Both the position numbers and the translations under genes were made by a program. The notes under the pieces were generated by a model. The model ran no database searches. It was not told the DNA's origin and saw only the letters and a program-made list of their open reading frames with translations. A stretch of 62,930 nt of DNA, filler included, from Folioceros fuciformis (taxonomy: Eukaryota): assembly GCA_049999805.1 (NCBI GenBank). It is 7 parts of 7 records of this genome, joined end to end, with 100 filler letters (N's around TTAATTAATTAA, not from the genome) between each part and the next. Parts side by side here need not be neighbours in the genome. Positions count along the whole stretch, not along the records: positions 23,393 to 44,248 come from JBNGIO010003578.1; positions 44,349 to 49,138 come from JBNGIO010003579.1; 5 more parts are not named here. One strand, written 5' to 3'. Position 1 is the first letter of the stretch. Each line of letters opens with the position of its first letter. This document shows, one piece after another, positions 35,311 to 45,735 of the stretch.

Positions 35311-38028
35311 TTATGATGTTCTCTGCTTTGGGCGGTAACAGCCATCGTCCACTTCTGTAAACACGGGCGGCTTGTATTTCAGCCTTGATCTATTATTAAG
35401 GGGGGTCGGATAATCCTGATCTCCGACCACAAAGCTGTGCACCAGACCATGGATGTCGGTCCACCAGCTCTCACCTGGCTGCTTCCTCGCCCTCATTCTA
35501 TTTCGCCGGGCCTGGATCTCCTGGGCCTGCTCACCCATCTGGGCACCCATGTAGATGTTGGACATCAACACATAGGCAGCGGCATCTTTCTCATCCAGCT
35601 TCACAGCTTCAAAGAAGGCAGGACGTGCCACTTCCACGTTGCACCACTTTTGGCAAGCAGCCAGCAGGGTGTGCCAGACGGCAGCGTTAGCTTGTACTGG
35701 CATTGACCTGACCATAACCAGCGCCTCATCTAGGTGGCCAGCACGGCCCAGAAGATCCACCATGCAGGTGTAATGCTCAACCGCCGGGGTGATTGTGTAG
35801 TGTGAGCTCATGGCTTGGAAGTACTCTCTGCCCTTGTCCACCAGACCTGCATGACTGCACACTGTTAGTACGCTGAGTAGAGTGATTCCGACTGGCCGTA
35901 TGCCATCCCCTGACATTCTCTGCACCAAGTGGAAGACTGCTGCACTGTCTGCCTGGCAAGCGTAGCCTGCAATCAACGTGTTCCAGGCACCGTCGTCTCT
36001 TTCGGGCAAGCCATCGAACACCTGCTGTGCATCAAGCATGCTCCCAGACTTTGCGTACATGCTTATCAAGCTGCTAGCTACGATGACGTCGGCTTGGAGA
36101 CCTTGTTCTACAACATGGGCATGAAGCTGCCTTCCTATCTGCAGAGCTGCCACATTTGCACATGCCTGCAGGAGGCACACAAACGTGACGGAGTCAGGTA
36201 CTGCGATGCCCTCTTGTTGCATAGCATTGTAGAGAAGGAGGGCTTCCTGCCCCATGCCCTGCTGGGAGTACCCAGCTATCATGGCAGTCCATGTCACGAC
36301 GTTCTTTGCATGAAATCTCTGAAATACTGTCTGAGCATCTTCCAAGCTCCCACACTTTGCATACATGTGTACCAGACTGTTGGCTACGAACACGTCAGAT
36401 GCATGTCCTTGGTCTCTTGATTGTGCATGAAGCTGCTTCCCCTTGTCCAAGGCTCGGCTGCCTACACTTGCACATGCCTGAAAAAGACATCCAAATGTTA
36501 TGGAATTGGGCACAACAATGCCTCCTTCTTGCATTGCATTGTACAGGTCGAGGGCTTCCTGGCCCATTCCCTGCTGGGAGTATCCTGCGATTAAAGCAGT
36601 CCATGTCACGACGTCTTTGTGCCCAAGTCCATCAAACACTCTCCGCGCATCCTCTAGGCTGCCACACTTGGCATACATGTTAATCAAACTGCTGGCTACA
36701 AACACATCAGGTGGGTGTCCTTGTTCTGTGATTTGGGCATGAAGCTGCTTCCCTGTCTCCAAAGATGCGGTTCCCACGCTTGCGCAAGCCTGCAGGAGGC
36801 ACACAAATGTGACAGAATTGGGTACCGACATGCCTTCTTCTTGCATTGCCCTGTAGAGATGAAGAGCTTCCTGCCCATCGCCCTGTTGAGAATACCCGGC
36901 AATTAGAGCAGTCCATGTCACCACGTCTTTTTGCCCAAGTCCATCAAACACTCTTTGTGCATCCTCTAGGCTACCACACTTTGCATACATGTTAACCAGA
37001 TTGTTGGCTACTAATAAATCAGCTTCATATCCTCGTTCTGTCATTTGTACATGAAGCTCCCTCCCCTTCCCCAGAGCTGGGGACCCCATGCTTGCACATG
37101 CCTGCAGGAGGCACACAAATGTCACAATATCGGGCATAGCCATGCCATCTTCTTGCATAGCGTTGTGCAGACGGAGCGCTTCTTGCCCCATATCCTGCTG
37201 GGAATACCCTGCTATCAAGGCATTCCATGTCACCACATCTTTTTGAACAAGTCCATCGAACACAACCTGAGCATCCTTTACGCTGCCACACTTTGCGTAC
37301 ATGTCTACAAGGCAATTGCAGACAAACAAATCAGGCTGAACCCCACTGGCCAACACATCTGCATGCACCTGTTTCCCAGCTTTCAAGTCTGATCCCCTTG
37401 CACAAGCCTGAAGGGCAGCCACAAACACATGGCCATCTGGCTTCACATTTGACCTGCGCATCCGACCATACAGTTGTTTTGCCTGTATGTCTTGACCGTG
37501 TTTAACAAGTGCAGAAATCATTGACGACCACATGAAAGCATCTGGGTTGGCCATCTCGGTGAACACATCCATCGCGTCTTCCAACCTTCCATGAGAAGCA
37601 TACATTCGCAAAATGTGATTGCAAAGGAACGTGTCTTCCTGATACCCTTCCTTCAACGTGAGAGCATGGACGCGCCGACCCAAAATGAGATCCTTCCTCT
37701 TTACACATTTGTTCAAGACCGTGTACAACAGAGAAATAGAGATGCAACATGCTGTCTGCACAAGAATTCCCAGAGCCTCAACAGCCTCAGCAAGATGGCC
37801 CTCATGACATAGGTTAATCACGGTTTCAGCCGTTACGCCCCACTTGACTCCTACAGGTAGGTGGACGTTAGGATCATGATGCCTGCCGCAGGTGGATCCT
37901 GTTGAACGAGGTGGCTTTTCCTTGAAAATGCTGCAACTCGAGAGTCGAAGGTTTGCAAACGGTTGCTTCCCTGAAGTCGGCTGCGCACGAGCTGTCCCTA
38001 AAATCCATGCAAACCTCCTACGACCCAT
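35311..38028 (-). CDS. Intronless PLS-class PPR protein (~6 triplets) with E1/E2 and WW-type PG box, ending before the DYW active site; paralog of 25263-30956
   Basis: Same repeat consensus and N-cap ('GVTAETVINLCHEGHLAEAVEALG') as the giant PPR. 'KQPGESWWTDIHGLVHSFVVGD' is followed shortly by a stop. Start placed at ATG 38028 because the upstream ORF part overlaps the monooxygenase last exon; the start is uncertain. Confidence 0.92.
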   Translation of the reverse strand: MGRRRFAWILGTARAQPTSGKQPFANLRLSSCSIFKEKPPRSTGSTCGRHHDPNVHLPVGVKWGVTAETVINLCHEGHLAEAVEALGILVQTACCISISLLYTVLNKCVKRKDLILGRRVHALTLKEGYQEDTFLCNHILRMYASHGRLEDAMDVFTEMANPDAFMWSSMISALVKHGQDIQAKQLYGRMRRSNVKPDGHVFVAALQACARGSDLKAGKQVHADVLASGVQPDLFVCNCLVDMYAKCGSVKDAQVVFDGLVQKDVVTWNALIAGYSQQDMGQEALRLHNAMQEDGMAMPDIVTFVCLLQACASMGSPALGKGRELHVQMTERGYEADLLVANNLVNMYAKCGSLEDAQRVFDGLGQKDVVTWTALIAGYSQQGDGQEALHLYRAMQEEGMSVPNSVTFVCLLQACASVGTASLETGKQLHAQITEQGHPPDVFVASSLINMYAKCGSLEDARRVFDGLGHKDVVTWTALIAGYSQQGMGQEALDLYNAMQEGGIVVPNSITFGCLFQACASVGSRALDKGKQLHAQSRDQGHASDVFVANSLVHMYAKCGSLEDAQTVFQRFHAKNVVTWTAMIAGYSQQGMGQEALLLYNAMQQEGIAVPDSVTFVCLLQACANVAALQIGRQLHAHVVEQGLQADVIVASSLISMYAKSGSMLDAQQVFDGLPERDDGAWNTLIAGYACQADSAAVFHLVQRMSGDGIRPVGITLLSVLTVCSHAGLVDKGREYFQAMSSHYTITPAVEHYTCMVDLLGRAGHLDEALVMVRSMPVQANAAVWHTLLAACQKWCNVEVARPAFFEAVKLDEKDAAAYVLMSNIYMGAQMGEQAQEIQARRNRMRARKQPGESWWTDIHGLVHSFVVGDQDYPTPLNNRSRLKYKPPVFTEVDDGCYRPKQRTS

Positions 38029-38192
38029 TGATGGCACGACTACCCTCGTATTGCAAGTCCTTACAATGTTGGGGAGAGGAGAAATTTTGGTGATGGGATG
38101 GTTGGAACGTGGTGGCACACATTTCAAAATGCAGGCAGTATGTTTGCTTTCAGTGTACAAATCTGGAGCTCTGAGAATTCCTCGTTTACACG

Positions 38193-40268
38193 TCAGCCTC
38201 TTGCGCTTCTGGAGCTGGTTAACTCCACTAGTGACAACCAGGGTCTGTGCCTCTGAACAATCTACATAAGGAGCAGAAATAACTTCAAAAGGCGGCCTGA
38301 CTGACATGAAGGCCTCTTCACACCTTAGTCCAGGAGAACATTTGCCTTAAGAACCACAGCGAGCATCATTTGCTACGTACCTCTGAGTAAGGAGTCAAGG
38401 TCTCTGAGCACAAGCTCTGAATGGTGGGTGGAAGTAGATCTGGAAATGCTTTACCAACAAGCGAGTACAGCACATTCCCTGCCAGGAAGATTGGAAGAAG
38501 CCACTTGGCGGAAGGGAAGGCATTCTCAGACAAGTACGCAGCCGCACCGTCTTCTTTAACCTGCTGTAAGGAGTAGCGCTCCAAGGCAACATTCATGTAT
38601 TCTTCCGTGCGTAACAGATCAGCAAGGACAACTGCGTCCTGAACACAACAGCAGCAGACGTCAGGAACGGATACCTGTAAGATGCAGCAGAGAGCTTTCT
38701 TTCAAGGGGCCAACAAACCTGCAGTGAAGAATTGCAACCTTGACCAAGAGCATTAGACATGGCATGTGCTGCATCCCCTATTAGCACTGCTTTACCCTTG
38801 GGATCGTAGAATTTGCCACAATTTACCTGCAGGAACATTGCCGCATGCATAGTCATTCACAGGGAAGGTGGCAGGAAAGATGTCGAACACTGTCCTGGTA
38901 GGTGTCGAATACCCTCATAGTAGAAGTTGGGCGTTGCTCGATGAAAGCCTCAGCGGATTCCAGAGGGCACGTCAGTGGTGCCATACTTTTCTCAATGAAT
39001 CTTTTCAGCTGTCATCCAAAAAGAGTAAGAACTGTACTCCACCCCTGGACCATGTAGTCCAAGCAAAATCGCTGCAAACATAGCTACCTCTAGGCTTGAC
39101 GTAATTTGCAGCAGGCTAGCTGGTACAGTTTCTGGAGACCATTCAATTAAAACAGATAGTCGACCATTTGGACTTGGGAAGCAAGCGTATCTCAAAGATT
39201 CAGACTTCCTTCCAAGAAACGGATTTGGAAACTGCAGCCAAAATGGTCTCGTGGATGGAGAATCCTCGGACTCCTGCAAGGGCACACGAAAGGAGTGTAC
39301 TGCTGTATCTGAAAGTTCAGCTGGCCTTGGGACATTCAGGACTTTAAACATGTATGGAGGGTTGATCTGCTGATAGTCAAACCCTCTTTGTCGAATAAAC
39401 TCTTCTCTGACAACTGATCTGGCACCATCAGCGCCGACCAGAAGATCGTACAGGACAGGCTTTTTCTGCCCCTCAACCTGCACAGTACGAGTGCTGAAAT
39501 CGGCTCCCAAACACCTTGTTTCGTAGTGCACCTGCAGTTTTGGTCAGAGTCGTAACTCATGAGACACAAGGCTTGCCCCATCCATATAATCGGCATGACT
39601 GCCATGCCGACGTGATGATAAACCACTCCTACCTGAACCTTCTCCTCGCTGTAACGCTGCTGCAGCTGAGCTAAGAGTGCAGCAGACAGAGCTCTCTGAT
39701 TGATGAGAAGCGATGGCTTATCTGGGTTGCGTTTCAGAGGAATGCTGCGTTTTCCTGCATGGAGCACAAACTCTGAGCTCGGCATCCCGGCTGCCTGTAT
39801 CAAGGGCCATAGTCCATCTACGTGCTCTATTGCATTTCGTCCACGGGCACTCAACCCAACAACATATTGCCTTATCTTGTGCCTGACACAACCACCTTCC
39901 CAATCCTGTCATTGTTTAGAAGACAACGAGCAAGGCACAGAACCCATCATCTCACGTTGCCCATCAGTTGCGAGGCTGATCAGACAATCGGACTGTTGTC
40001 TGTCTCTCGAGTTTGTCAGTAAAAGCCGGCCTCAGGAACACAAACAAAAGGATGTCTAGCATGTAAAACAGGGCGTCAATCTTGAAATGAGTCTATTTCA
40101 CAGCAGATGACCAATTCTGTGCCAGGTGACATACGGTGGTAATGGAGTACACGGATTCTGTCTAGCTTCATAGATTCGGATTGGCAGGATTGGAGTTGGT
40201 TGAGCCAGGAGAAGATGTGCCAACAGAAGCCCTGCTGGGCCTGCGCCCACAATCACAACTCCAGCCAT
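38193..40268 (-). CDS. FAD-dependent monooxygenase (kynurenine 3-monooxygenase-like), multi-exon
   Basis: GxGxxG 'VVIVGAGPAGLLLA', 'YDLLVGADGARSVVR', 'LIGDAAHAMSNALGQGCNS'. The inferred last exon 38193-38261 (E|IVQRHRPWL...G*) follows a polypyrimidine-AG acceptor. Confidence 0.85.
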
Positions 40269-40569
40269 TTTCACCACCTGATTGGGACGCAATTTGCCTA
40301 AGGTTCTGCGCACACGAACGGGGAGCTCCGTTTTCTTTGCGTCTCAAAGCAATGAAAAATCAGGCTACAATGAGGTGAGCCCAGCATTTGATGCAGATCC
40401 TAGCTGAAACCTGCATTCTGAGATGTGACTATGTTTGAAGTTGTTGGGTTAGTGGGCGGAGAAGTACCTCTGGCTTGCTCACCACTCCCGCAATTCACAT
40501 ATCCCTGTTAGTTGCGACCAGTTCAAGAAAGCCACTCTACTCTAGGTCATTTGGGTCCAGTTTGCACTG

Positions 40570-41200
40570 CAGGACAGGATCCTCTGGTCCATCTGCAAGG
40601 AAGTGCCGTTGTAAGGCTGAGCATTCGGCACTTTGCCGTTCAGGGTTTTTTTGTCGCGGAATTATATTCTTGGAGGATACGAGCACCAAGGGCCGCATCG
40701 CCGGCTCTCGGAGCAACGACGAAAGAAGATCATGTTCCTCAGCATTCTGAAAGCGTGCTGAGACATGCCTCAGGGAAGGTGATTCATGCTCAGTCGTTGA
40801 TGCGTTTACAGTTTTTCTGCCGTATGGCTAGTGTGCTGCCTAGAGAAGGAGTGGAAGCCCTTGGTAGTGTGCGAATGAAAACGGTGGTGCATCGGAATGC
40901 TATGATCACTGGATACTCTGGACCAGCACGCACAAACCGAGGGCTTACTACCAAATTGGGTAACACCACTCTGGAAGGCACAGAGGTCTCGTAACCTGCA
41001 ACATTGCAGATCACATTGTCCGCACGGGTATCCTACTGCTGTTTCACACAAAGCAGGTGTCACCGGTTAGACCGAGACCAGTCCAACCCACAATCTCTTT
41101 CCTGTCTATTGCAGTCTTTTGGTGTTTTGGGTTGCAGGCCAGAGTGCATGACTGCTCCAATCAACGTCCTACATCCTCAATGTATGGCCGAGTCCAAGAT
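40570..41200 (+). pseudogene. Frameshifted PLS-PPR relic
   Basis: 'IMFLSILKAC*', 'GKVIHAQ', 'KTVVHRNAMITGYS', 'PQSLSCLLQS', 'SMYGRVQD'. Confidence 0.65.
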
Positions 41201-41512
41201 ATGGAGCCTTATTGCATCCTAGCAGACCCTGCACAAGACCATTGAAACATCTCACCATGTTGATGCTGCCTAAGATTGTAGACACTCCCCAGATTCTATT
41301 CGCAAATTCCAATATTCTTTGCTCGTCCGATCAACCTATGTTGATCCCAGAACTCAGGGGATTCAGACAAGCTGCTCAGCTCTTCAAGAGGACAACAGAG
41401 TATAAAAAGTACGAAGCTTTACAGGGGCCATCCCTGCTAGGATGCTGGTCGACCAGTCTAATCAGAGCTATGTACACTGTACTCTTCCCACCGTTGATGA
41501 AACCGTTTCCTT

Positions 41513-41926
41513 TCACCGGTCAAAGGTGCCTTCCTCCCAAGGCACATTTCTTCCTTGAATAGGTGATACAATTCTGAAGTTGTTCCTCGTAAGAAGATTC
41601 AACACCACCGGCTTACTGCTAGCCACGGTCGGCCAGCCATTATCTATCTTCCGGGCGGTCGCTTCTCTCCACTCCTTAGACAGTATCCTAGGAACGGTTC
41701 CTGTCTTAACCAGGTTGGAATCAATCGGACTCACCATACAGCCCGCAGAAAACATGCATCGTGGCTTCAGTTCTATGGAGTCCTTCGTTCCAGCGTATCC
41801 ATGATCACAGGACTGAAAGAGGTGCTCACTGCCAAAAATCTTCCTGTTGCGAACCAAATCCCAGTAGATGTAGGGCACGAAGAAGGCTCCCGTGACGGAG
41901 CCCACAATCAGCCTGGTTTGACCCAT
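41513..41926 (-). CDS. DUF1138 / ozone-responsive OZI1-like small protein; probable in-frame intron 41701-41829
   Basis: 'LIVGSVTGAFFVPYIYWDLVRNRKIFG|TVPRILSKEWREAT...WP......PVVLNLLTRNNF' matches the DUF1138 pattern (KIFG.T.P....EW...T....WP....PVV.NP..RQNF). Divergent copy. Confidence 0.7.
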   Translation of the reverse strand: MGQTRLIVGSVTGAFFVPYIYWDLVRNRKIFGSEHLFQSCDHGYAGTKDSIELKPRCMFSAGCMVSPIDSNLVKTGTVPRILSKEWREATARKIDNGWPTVASSKPVVLNLLTRNNFRIVSPIQGRNVPWEEGTFDR

Positions 41927-42019
41927 GAACGCTGCCTTGTCGCTTCTCGTTTGTCGATTGCAAGGCTCAGCACAGAGTTGGCTCACATATAGGAGTCCAC
42001 TGTGACTGAGCTCAACAGG

Positions 42020-42370
42020 GTACGTCCCGGATGTTTGATGCAGTCTGGCAGTGGTCTGAACATACCAAATCCGTATTGGCTACGGGCAGACAGAGGAAAG
42101 TGCTCCTTGGACCGATCTTACAGCTCGCTTTAGCAACGTCTGCAACTGGCTGCGACAACAACTTCTGGTCGGCAAGTGTTTTATGGGTGCATCCAGGTCC
42201 TCCTCTACCGCGACTGTCGGGTTTCTCTTCGCCAGCAGCTGGACACGGATGCCTATGGCACTTGACATGGAACCCGCGTGGAAAAGCAGCTACCCAGAGA
42301 GCTTCGGCAGAACAGCTCGGACGGATAGGACAGGGTTCTGAGCTTTCCATGTCCTACGGGATCTTCTATC
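42020..42370 (+). pseudogene. Possible older PPR relic
   Basis: 'RMFD', 'GCDNN..VG.C', 'LTWN' in PPR-like order; weak. Confidence 0.28.
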
Positions 42371-43474
42371 GGCAATAAAAATAGTTAGAACAACGACGAG
42401 GCGCGGGAAGCCAAGTGTTTCGAGAAGTTGAAGAAGGCAGAGCTGAACGCAGAAACCAGAGCAGGAGGAGGAAGAGGAAGGCTCGTTGCTGCTCCCCAGA
42501 CTATTGCCGGCCACCGTCGACCACCCTTCCTAATGGCAGACACTGGGCTGCGATAAGCGCATTTTGGCGCATCAGGAGTCCAGGCTGGCCGAGAGCTTCA
42601 ACGAGATCTAGACAGCCTGTGAAAAGTGTGGAGGAGGGTCGCAAAGCAATGCTCGAGGGTTCGAGCAGGGAACACAGTACTGCCTGTACTTGGACGTACG
42701 CTTCTTGATTCTCGGTAAATTAGACGTGGAGGGAAACAGGATGAGTTTTCCAATTCATTCTAGAGTGAAATTCTCATCACACTACGAAGAGAACACTTAG
42801 GTTCAGAACTCTTGGTATGTTATTGAACCCTGATCCTCTCGTCCAGTTTGAACCTATATCGAGCGAAGAATTATCGACATGTGTCTCCGCTTCTGAGTTC
42901 CCCAATGTGGGATAATTTGCCACTCAAGATTGTATCGAAAGGATCCTTCAACGCCGCACAACAAGCTCTTGTGGTGGATCCGCCAGACTAGTTAGCATCT
43001 TTCCACTGGTGTATGCAGCTCCTTCCGATTCGCTACACGCGCGTTCGGATCCTGATTTTGTAGATTGGCTGGCAAATTACAGCACACGGGCCACAGAACC
43101 CCTCGCAAATCAAATTCCGGTCCTGTTTGATATATTTCTAGAGGCTTAAACAGAGTTCTAGATGCAATATGCGACAGAACACCCTTGGTTTGCACCCAAT
43201 CACAGCGCCCTGCCCCGACCTCGCACGCGCACAAGCGCACTGCACATTTGATAGACCTTCGTCAAAAACCATTCATATATCTTTGGACGAGGTAGGTGCT
43301 CGTGGTGGTGACGTTTTTAGTCTGGTTTCCTTTGTCTTCACCTCGGGAGGCTTCGGAGCAGGAGACTCCTCAGCTGTGGAACTGGGTTTCGGGGCAAAAC
43401 ACAGTGCCCGAGCACCTGGCTCAGAACCCTGTAAATCAGGCTAGGCTAGGGTAGGCTTTGCCCGTTGCGGCAGT

Positions 43475-43820
43475 TTGGCATGTGCAGGAACGTGAGCTTG
43501 AGCTTGAGCATGGGAGGAAGCATGGGTTGGTCGTCACAGGTTGTCCGAGCGTTGAAGCAGCAAGGACATGAGAATAAGCATGTGTTGTCGTGACATGTTT
43601 TCCGGGCTTTGAAGCAGGAGGTGACGGGCAACTTGCAGGCTCATGCTCCAGACGAAACTAGGGCAAGTCCTGGCCAGCCTTGGGTTCGGGGCTGGGATGA
43701 TATTCGCAAGCAAGGAGGGCCACCGGCAGGGAACCAGTAGGCAGTCTAACGTGCGAGGTTGAATGGGCCTACTTCACCTCTACGATGCCAGGGCATGATT
43801 GTGTCTGCTCAGCCTGGATC
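43475..43820 (+). pseudogene. Frameshifted relic of the same PPR subfamily as the two intact genes
   Basis: GCATGTGCA (ACA), CAGCAAGGACATGAG (QQGHE), GTCGTGACATG (VVT-W), GATATTCGCAAGCAAGG (~GYSQQG), CTCTACGATGCC (LYDA), TGTGTCTGCTCAGCCTG (~VCLLQAC). Confidence 0.6.
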
Positions 43821-43959
43821 TCTGCCAAGAGGCTTAGCACCCCACCTCCAGTGAGACTTTCCATGACTATGATAGTTAAACAAGTGTCAACAATAATGGA
43901 AGGGATGAATTTTCTTGACACCTGGTTGTTGAATTCCTTTTTAAGCATTTGTGCATCCC

Positions 43960-44248
43960 TTTAAGCTTTCCATCCCCTTTGAGCTGTGTATGCATCTTCA
44001 CGCTTTTAGCTACCCAAAGCTTCCCCTTTGAGCTGTGGATGCATCTTCACGCTGTTAGCTACCCAAAGCTTCCACTTTGAGCTGTGTATGCATCTTCACG
44101 CTGTTATCTACCGTGTATCCACTTTTACACTTTTAGCTGCTGGCGTATCCATCTTCACACTTTTAGCTCCTGTGTATCCATCTTCACACTTTTAGGTGCC
44201 GTGTATCCATCTTCAGCCTGTTAGCTGCTGTGTATCCATCTTCAGCCT
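43960..44248. repeat. Degenerate ~29-bp tandem repeat (TGTGTATCCATCTTCACACTTTTAGC) at contig end
   Basis: Repeated GCATCTTCAC / TATCCATCTTCA units. Confidence 0.85.
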
Positions 44249-45344
44249 NNNNNNNNNNNNNNNNNNNNNNNNNNNNNNNNNNNNNNNNNNNNTTAATTAA
44301 TTAANNNNNNNNNNNNNNNNNNNNNNNNNNNNNNNNNNNNNNNNNNNNCAGACTCCTACGCCAAAGTCGCGATCCAACCGCTCTCGGGCCCCCAGCATTC
44401 ACAGCCTCCTCCCAGCCAGCCAAACCAAAATTCGCACTCCAGGATTCAGCGACAGCAGGAATGGCTACACCAAACTCCACATGCATCAAAGCAGCAGATC
44501 CGGTGGTACTACGACGTTCACACTACAGGACGGTAATCCGATGTCACAGAACGACAGCAACACCACAGCCTGCATCGCAACTCTTGGGCGGCCCCAGAAT
44601 TGTGCCGAATTGTGCCGCCACGCTCAGATGCCTCACACGATTGCAATTCTCGGAACGCCCAGCGAAGAGCGAACCAGAGAGACGGAATTCAGGACAGCAA
44701 GAAGCAACCGACGCGGGCAGGAGACCCCGCGAGCCAGAGCGCGCGACAAGCCTGTTGAACAACACAACCACCGGGCCGAGCAAAGCCGAGCGCTCGAGAA
44801 CGGGAAAGGAAAGACAAAAAGGCAGAGGAGAAGGCAAGCGAGCAAGGGTGGCTGAAGGAGGCAGGGAAAAAAACGCGCACAAACTCGAATAATAGTGACC
44901 TGCCTGCCCTCGTTCCCGTTCCCACAGACATATATAGACACGCCAGTCTTCACTCGAGAACAGTTTCTCGAGTTTACCTTCCGAAATCACGGCCCCGGCC
45001 CCGGGGCACGGCTGGTCCCGTGGGCGACCCGTCACCGCCGATCGAAAGGATCTCAGGGCGCATCGTGGAGGCCACGGTCGTGACTCGTGCCGCGCGCTGG
45101 GAGCATATCAATCGCTCTTCTCTCGAATACGCGCAGTCACACCGAACGGCTCGGGACGTGCCGCAACATTATAACACAGTAAACAAAAGATTTTAGAGCT
45201 TGAAACATGATTTTCCAAAAGAGCGCGTGGCGAGGAGACGGCATGCCGGATGGACGCCGTGCACCTTCGCGGCCTGCTTCTTCTGCGTTTGCCCTAGAGC
45301 TCAGGGGTCTGGGAGGACGCTCATTGGTGGAGCGAGGCGCGCGG

Positions 45345-45735
45345 GGAGATGGAACCGCTGCCCTGTGCTTGCCGAGTGCGCAGATTTTTGTTTGGGAGGG
45401 TGGCCGGAAGGAGCGAAGAACAGCTGGAATAGTGTGATGTATGCAACGCAATTCCATGGAAGGCAGCAAGTACATGTAGGCATGGGGAGGATGAGGTGTG
45501 CCGGAGTACTGTACTCCCGCTCAAGGCTGCAGTGCATGAGGCGTCCATGCTGGACAGGAAATTGCTCAATAACTTCACCTGACAATTGGAGCGGTTTGAT
45601 GTTGATTTGGTGGGGATCCGTTGTGTGGCAATGAGGTCGTGATGTGTGTAGACGGTGCTTGAAGTGGCTGGTGTCGGCGCAGTACAGAAGCTGTTTCCGC
45701 GGATTTGGAGATCTTCTTTGGAAGAATGTCAGGTC
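45345..45735 (+). pseudogene. PPR C-terminal relic (S-P2-L2-S2-E1-like)
   Basis: 'NSWNSVMYATQFHG...MRCAGV', 'LKA', 'VDLVG', 'IWRSSLEEC' (resembles VWxSLLGAC). Confidence 0.5.

Noticed and set aside
38029-38307. N-terminal 93 aa of the 998-aa PPR ORF
   Set aside because: Overlaps the inferred last intron and exon of the monooxygenase; probably not translated as PPR.
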